Assembly: GCF_009914755.1 (NCBI RefSeq)
Contig: NC_060934.1
Source of the DNA: the human T2T-CHM13v2.0 reference genome, Homo sapiens
DNA length: 64,000 bases
Reading direction: 5' to 3' (one strand)
Shown here: positions 57,443 through 64,000 of the stretch, in pieces
Layout: every line of letters begins with the position of its first letter
Numbering within the stretch: the stretch's first letter is position 1
Notes under the pieces: generated by a model
What the model was told of the DNA's origin: nothing
Database searches by the model: none
What the model saw: only the letters and a program-made list of their open reading frames with translations
Position numbers and translations under genes: made by a program

Positions 57443-59465
57443 AACTCACATACATCCACTTTTATGCTGCCCTCTGGGTACTCAAGTCTGCAGAACTCTC
57501 TGCCCAAATAGCCCCAAATCTGCTGACAGAAGCATGGAGCCCTCTTCCTCAGTCTGTCCTCCCAAGGGCAGAGCATGCCGTTGTGATGTATGTACCATTA
57601 TATCCTGTGAGGGGCAGCTCTTTAAAGAAGGCATTAGTTGTCAGAGATGGGACTTGTGGTTTGAGGTGTCCACAAACATGCTTCAGGCTGGAACCAGGGA
57701 AAGGAATTTCAGAGTTAGACATTTGACCAAGTATTCTTCGCCCATCCTCTTTCCTCAAGTCACACAAATGTTAGAGCTGGGCCTGTTTACATCTAGAAAC
57801 TCGAAATCCCACTTTGAGCAGATAATTTCATTCATTCTCATGGTCTCAAGTGACAACTCATGCAAATGTTTGCTCTCTTTGCTGAGTGAGGAACAGCCTC
57901 TAGAGAAGTCAGAATGCAAAACGCTACCTCATTATAAAAGCAAACAAATTTTTTTAAAATTGACAACCATTCAGGAAAACAAATAGTTATCTGAAGGATT
58001 ATTGTGACATAACATACTTGATACACAAATGTTTTAAACCACATATTTTTAGGGGAATAAAAAGATGTGTGAGAAGCAGTTTGTACTCTCATCATGTAAT
58101 GCATGAAAGACATAATAAAATATTGGCTGTAAAACTCCAAAGAGCCACTGGGGAAAAAAAAATGAAATTTTTCACAAAAAAACATTAACTGAAAGTATTG
58201 TTCAGAAGATGAGAAGAAGACATTTCTGACTTGAGGTTTTAGTGTTGAGCATAAGCACTTTTGTACGTACTCTATTACCAAAAGATCATAAAAGAATCAG
58301 GTATTAATACTACCCCTTGGAGGCTGTCCTGTCTGTTTACAATATGGCATTAGAGAGGTTTTGGAACTTAATAGCTTTCTTCCAAGTTTTCATTTTCCAA
58401 CTTCATGGCCATTCCAGGTAAATATCTGTGCTTCGTATCATGTGCTGGGCACATTGCTACTGAACTGATATCAAATGGCTTTTCCTCCATCTGTTGCCTG
58501 CTGAGGTAACACTTGATTACAATTTTTTAAAAAGCAATTCAGTCAGACCTCAACTTCCACTGTGTTTCACCCTTAAAAGGAAAAATAATCTGGGCAGAAA
58601 CTCAGTTAACATTAATAGTAAAATGACTCTCCATAGATTGGGCTTTTTGTGGGTTGTTAAAATTTAAGTATCTTTAGAGGTATGTATCATAACAGACCAC
58701 AGGTTTCCCCTTGTATATGCATAGTAACTTCAGTGTAATATAACTTCACTGGTAACTTCAGTGGTAATATAAAGCCACAAGAGTGTGGGTGTATATGGAT
58801 AATGTTACAGAAAGTTATTCCCCCTCTTTGATCTAGGCCTCACTTGCCAGTGGCACCTTCTTATACATAATATGGCTAGGTCACACCAAAGAACTGGTCA
58901 AGAAGATAAAATCAAACGAGGTTGAATTTACTACTTCAGTCCCATCAGCACTGACTTAACTGCCAATGCTGTTTGCCAAATAGATTTTTTTAATAATAAA
59001 ATAGAAAAAGGGTAGTAATTTCCCTCATTGTGTCAATAACTCAATGGCATTTATTAAGTACTCTTTAAAGTGACTGCTGTTTATTACAAAAGCATATGTA
59101 ATTGCCATTCAACGTTACTCATCTGCATGAAATCATTACCGGTTATTGGAGTAAGTTGGTCTATGTCAAGGCAAGGCAAGAACAAAAAACACTGGTCCTT
59201 TAGTGGCCTGAATCTCAGATTTTGAAGTACAGTGTTTTTAAGAGACCATCAACCCTTACTGATCTTGGACCAAAGGTTAGGAAGAACCACTCTCATGAGT
59301 GGTGGAGTTTTCATCACACCACTGGCAAACAAGAAAAATTAAACAATGTAGTAAATCTTACATTAAACTGAGCATGTTCATTTTAAGGTATGTTTTATTC
59401 TGAAATTATGTTCTTTGCACTGAGTTTTTTTATTATCATTTTTCGCTGCAAAATAATGCGGAAAC

Positions 59466-60032
59466 TGATAGAGCAGGAGCACCATCATCTCGGACAAGCA
59501 CGGCCACTTTCAATTCCAGTTCCCTTTCTAGCCTCATGCGTCTCAAGAAAATCACTTCTCTTCTAACTACAAGCAGCCAGAAAGAGCACACAGTAAAACA
59601 CAGATAAAACAGCTCGGGCACAGAGGAAGGTGGGGGAAAAGTCTCTTAAGGAACTGCCAAACTTCACCCTCATACCATGGGCCCCGGTAAAACAGTGGGC
59701 CTTCATAAGCACATTCCTTTCCCTTCAGGTGCACTAAGATAGGAAAGCCAAAAGCAGACTCTGTGGATAAGCCTGCAGCTGCAAAAAGATGTATGGAAAC
59801 AGACACATAATTCTCCCTGCCAGGTACGCACAGCAAAAAGACGCAGAAACAGTCCCAGCCTCTGATAAACTCTCCCACCCCGAATCCTTCAAAACTCTTA
59901 GTCTGTAAGAAAGTGTGCCTCTGACCTAACTTGGCCAGATGACGTCACTCAGGTTTGTTTTCTCTAAAATAAATCTGTCCTGACTGGAGAGCCACCTTTT
60001 CGTGTTTCTTTCCTTTTTCGTTAATTCCTACA
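59466..60032 (+). mobile_element. MER41-family (C/D-like) ERV1 solo LTR
   Basis: tgatagagcaggagcaccatcatctcggacaagcac...aattcctaca; perfect TSD gaaac on both sides; AATAAA at about 59968. Confidence 0.85.
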
Positions 60033-60762
60033 GAAACTAAATCCATTTTTTTTTTTTGCTATGATTAATGTTTTTACTTGGGTAAATGAAAACAAGCAAC
60101 CTTAATTGACACCCAAAAATTATTTTGAAATTTTAATAGTCTTTGAAATCTAAACATCTGAGGAAGAGTGTTGTATCATTAAAAGGTGCTTTTATATGCA
60201 CTTTGTGGAGAATGTCTGGGGTATTTCTCTGGAAAACATGTTCTTAGCATGTCAAATATTCAAGATCTTTACAGTGCTTTCTGTTAAGAATAGTGAAGAG
60301 TGGCATTTGGCAGCCAAGGCTCAGTTTCTTAACTTGAAATCTATAAAGAAATGAAAGTCAAAACAAAGCAAAGGCAACCTCACACCAGGATAACAAAGAA
60401 AGAAAGGGCAAATGAAATAAGTTTCCTCATATTCATATTATTCTTCCACACAACCTACTTCTATGTCTTCATTTCAACATCTGTGAGGTATCCCAGATTC
60501 TGCAATGCATGTGCATGTCAATCATGTAGATTTCATTTTATTGATTTAATAGCTTTCTATGGAGCATCTGCTGTGGAATAGATATTGCTCTAAGCAGCAG
60601 AAATACAATGGTCAACATAATGAACAAATTTCATGGCACTAATATTCTTATGGGATATATGTTTCCTCCTGAATTGTTTTTGGCCAAAGAATCCTTGCTA
60701 AGACCCTTTGGTTATGATCAAAGAAGTCAGAGTTAAACAGAGGTCCATTGAAACGGTATAAA

Positions 60763-61037
60763 GGCTGAGTACGCTGGTTCACGCCTGTAACCCTAGCACT
60801 TTGGGAGGCTGAGGTGGGCAGATCTCTTGAGTCCAGGAGTTAAAGACCAGCCCAGCCAACATGGTGAAACCCCGTCTCTACTAAAAATACAAAAGTTAGC
60901 TGGGCAGGGTGGCAGGTGTCTGTAGTCCCAACTACTTGGGAGGCTGAGATGCAAAAATCATTTAAACCCAGGAGGCAGAAGTTGCGCCACTGCACTCCAG
61001 CCTGGGTGACAGTGTGAGATGCTGTCTCAAAAAAAAA
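60763..61037 (+). mobile_element. Alu (S/J) with right-arm deletion, followed by G-runs
   Basis: gaagttgcgccactgc lacks agtgagccgagatc. Confidence 0.9.
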
Positions 61038-61259
61038 GGCGGGGGGGGGGGTAGGGGGGTTTAAGGTATCCATATAATCCAACTGCAAGAACAAAATATC
61101 AGAAAATCGTCCTATCTGCTTTCCCTGGAACTGTACAGATTTTAGTTTCTGCTCTTCACTGCTCCACAGAAACTAAGAATTCCACAAGCTCTTTGTTTTG
61201 TTCTCTTTTAATGTCAATATTCTTGTGGCATTTTCTTTATTTTTTTAACAGAGAGATTT

Positions 61260-61660
61260 CCTTTACTTTTAAAATTGTGGTAATATATACACAGCATCAA
61301 ATTTACTATTAACCATTTTTAAGTATACAGTTCAGTGATGTTAAGTTTATTCACATTGGTGGGCAACCATCTCCACCGTCCATCTGTAGAACTTATTTCT
61401 ATCTTCCCAAACTGACACTTTGCAGTCATTTAAATAACCACTTCCCATTCCCTCCTTCCCCCCATCCCTGTAACTGCCATTCCACTTTCTGTCTTTATGA
61501 ATTTAACTATTCTTTTTATCTCATATAAGTGGAATCCTGACAATATTTGTCCTTTTGTGACTGGCTTATTTCACTTCACATAATGTCTTCAAGTTTCATC
61601 TATGTTGTGGCATGCGTCAACATTTCCTTCCTCTTTAAGGCTGAATAATATTCAGTTTCA
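61260..61660 (-). mobile_element. L1MB 3' UTR
   Basis: aaccatttttaagtatacagttcagtg...tcatataagtggaatc...aaggctgaataatattc. Confidence 0.85.
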
Positions 61661-64000
61661 TAAGGCTAATTCTAGTCTCACTCCAGATAATTTTTTTGAT
61701 TTCTGTGCCTACCGACTACTGCTTGATCCTAGTCTTTAGTCTTCACTCAAATTTTTAATAGGTAATTTGATCAACCAACCCATCAATTGATGCCAAGCCT
61801 GAGTCAGCCATTCATTCATGTTCCAATTAACAGTGGCCACTGAGGACAAGAGCATGTGTTGCAAACATATCCCTTAGATGCAATTATTTGTAAAGCAATT
61901 TGCAAAACACATGTGTAGAATGCAAATAAGTATGGATATAATAATCAGTGCTTTGTAAGTAAATACAATTATATTCTGAAACCATAACTTAAATTAGGCT
62001 TCCAGAGGATACCAGTAGTGCAAAAGGTGCTGGCAATGTTCTTTATTTAAAGATGTGCTGTGTGAGTAGAACTACTTGATTGCACACAGCAAGGAGGATT
62101 TCTGTAGAACACATTAGGACAGACAGGATTTCCACTGCGCTCCACTCCAAAAAGACACATAGCTTCATATCTTTTTCATCCTGGTTCCAGAAGTATGTAG
62201 TTAATAAGAAAAATAAAAAGCAATTTACATTTGAAAATCCCATAGCAGTTGCAGACACTACCTTAGCCACATGGTATGATGTAGTGTTAGCCTTTCAGTA
62301 CTTTGACACTACTTATTTCTCATGGTTAAAGTATATAGAAGTGCATACGGTGAAGGAATGCGCAGGAAAAAAATCAAAAGAAGGTCCAAAAGAATGGTAT
62401 TTGCTGTATAGCCTTTTGGAAGACAGAATTTATAAGCTACTTCATATAAGTAGGATAACTTTTATGTTCACCTATAATTAGAGAAATGCCCAGTCACATG
62501 CTAAAAAAATAATCTATTAACAACAAAATATTATAAATATGAATACAAAATACATAGTGAATTTCCTGGCATATAGATTGCACTGTGGTCTCAGTATGGG
62601 CAATATTATCCACAGGATGTGAAAACTGGTTTTTGGGAGATGAAAAAAATGTAGAAATTGGGATGGGTTGTGGCATTCCAAAGGACAGAGTATATAATCA
62701 GTTATACTGTATACCCATGACATTAAAAATAATGTTGGGATGCTAGTCAGCAAAAAAAAAAAAGTCTACAAATTTTCCTTATAGGAGGATGGTCAATAAT
62801 TAAAAAAAAAAAAACAATGAGAAGCACTGTCTTATATTCAACACACAGCACTCGTTGTGGCAGCAGTGATAACGTTTCTAACAATAGCACAAGGGAAAGC
62901 AACCAACGTGCAGCTAAATGCAGAGAAAACGTATAGCAAACACATTTTCCAAGTCAACGTAACATGCTAAATGCTAGTGTATTTGTGGAAGTATTAGGAC
63001 AAAATGTAAATATGGATGTTGAATCTATGAGAAAAATAAAAAATAGACAAGCTTTTCTCTTAAAAAGTAGATTAGATGTAAATTTTAGAATGGTCTTCCA
63101 CATGATGATTATCCCATATTATCAACTTAGAAGAAATTGAATTTCTTCACATAGTGTTGAAACAAGATCAGTGGAAAATAGCAGGAATCCTTTCCATGTA
63201 GTTTTTCTGAAGATTGGTCCAATGTTGGCAAAATACATAGAAAAGGATCAGATAAAACCCATCCATACACTCCAACATGGAAGGAAGATGGTAAGAGAGC
63301 ACCATGGACAACACAGGGAAAACGTATGTGGAAACTAACATACTGTGACTGATCAGCATTGTATAATAGCTTCTGCAATGGAAGGACAGAGGCTGCATCA
63401 AGTAAAAAGCCAAAGCATGTGGGAGAATGTATCCTGATCAAGCAGGAATCTTTTCCAAGTGTCTGCTTTAAGAAACTGGACAGACTCATATGGCAGGCAA
63501 TAATACGCATCAGATATAGAGTGCACTTGGTGTGATCTCTTGATGTGAGTGCCTGTAACACCAGTTTCTTCTTCATCTCCAACCAGCTAAGCCTTCAGAT
63601 CACTAAGTGGACAGTAAAACTTACATCAGCTCTCCATCTATCTCTAACTGCACACATTTGAACAATAGGGAAATTAAGGAGAGTATAAAAAAACCCACTG
63701 CAAATTAAAGGACTCTATAAACTTTTACTCCATCAATCATAAATAAGCAGGCAGAAATATATGAAGGAGTGAATGAAATCTGCTACAGCAGAAAAACAAA
63801 AACAAAAAAAAGCACTTAAAATCCAAAGGAAAAGATAACTTGGAATAAAAATGTATCACAGAAATAAAAAGATTAGAAAAAAAATCATCTTAGAATCAAT
63901 AACAGTGCTTTAAAGTGATAAAGTATATTTATATGATAATTATATGCTAATAGTTCTTATATCTACCTTCAGCGATATGTTAAAAACATGTATACACACA

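Noticed and set aside
57534-58281. Overlapping 150- and 147-aa ORFs
   Set aside because: No recognisable protein features; consistent with chance ORFs
58724-58772. Short imperfect tandem repeats of taacttca(g/c)tg
   Set aside because: Ordinary slippage duplication; no repeat-spacer (CRISPR-like) organisation
59535-59552. Possible STAT/GAS site in the MER41-family LTR
   Set aside because: Sequence reads ctcaagaaa and does not fit TTCNNNGAA
63127-63582. 151-aa minus-strand ORF in non-repeat-looking DNA
   Set aside because: Non-ATG start, no recognisable domain in any frame I checked, no clear splice context; a tBLASTn/PhyloCSF hit would be needed

Overview
AT-rich primate (human-like) non-coding DNA, intergenic or deep intronic. 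It is densely populated by Alu, L1, L2, MIR, LTR/ERV and DNA-transposon fossils. No protein-coding gene is supportable: the listed ORFs are short and fall in repeats or are unrecognisable. Repeat family names come from recalled consensus sequences, not from a database search. The most unusual structure is a local complex rearrangement at about 23.9-27.8 kb. It comprises a ~0.65 kb inverted duplication carrying the same deleted Alu, a perfect fold-back hairpin and a 53-bp templated insert at the junction, and a ~125-bp segment present in three copies. Also notable are a 5'-inverted L1PA with an apparent 3' transduction (6.9-7.8 kb), a three-monomer Alu inside one target-site duplication (TSD) pair (50.9-51.3 kb), and several clean nested insertions. 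I see no evidence of a novel gene system; the interesting signal is genome-rearrangement and retrotransposition history.
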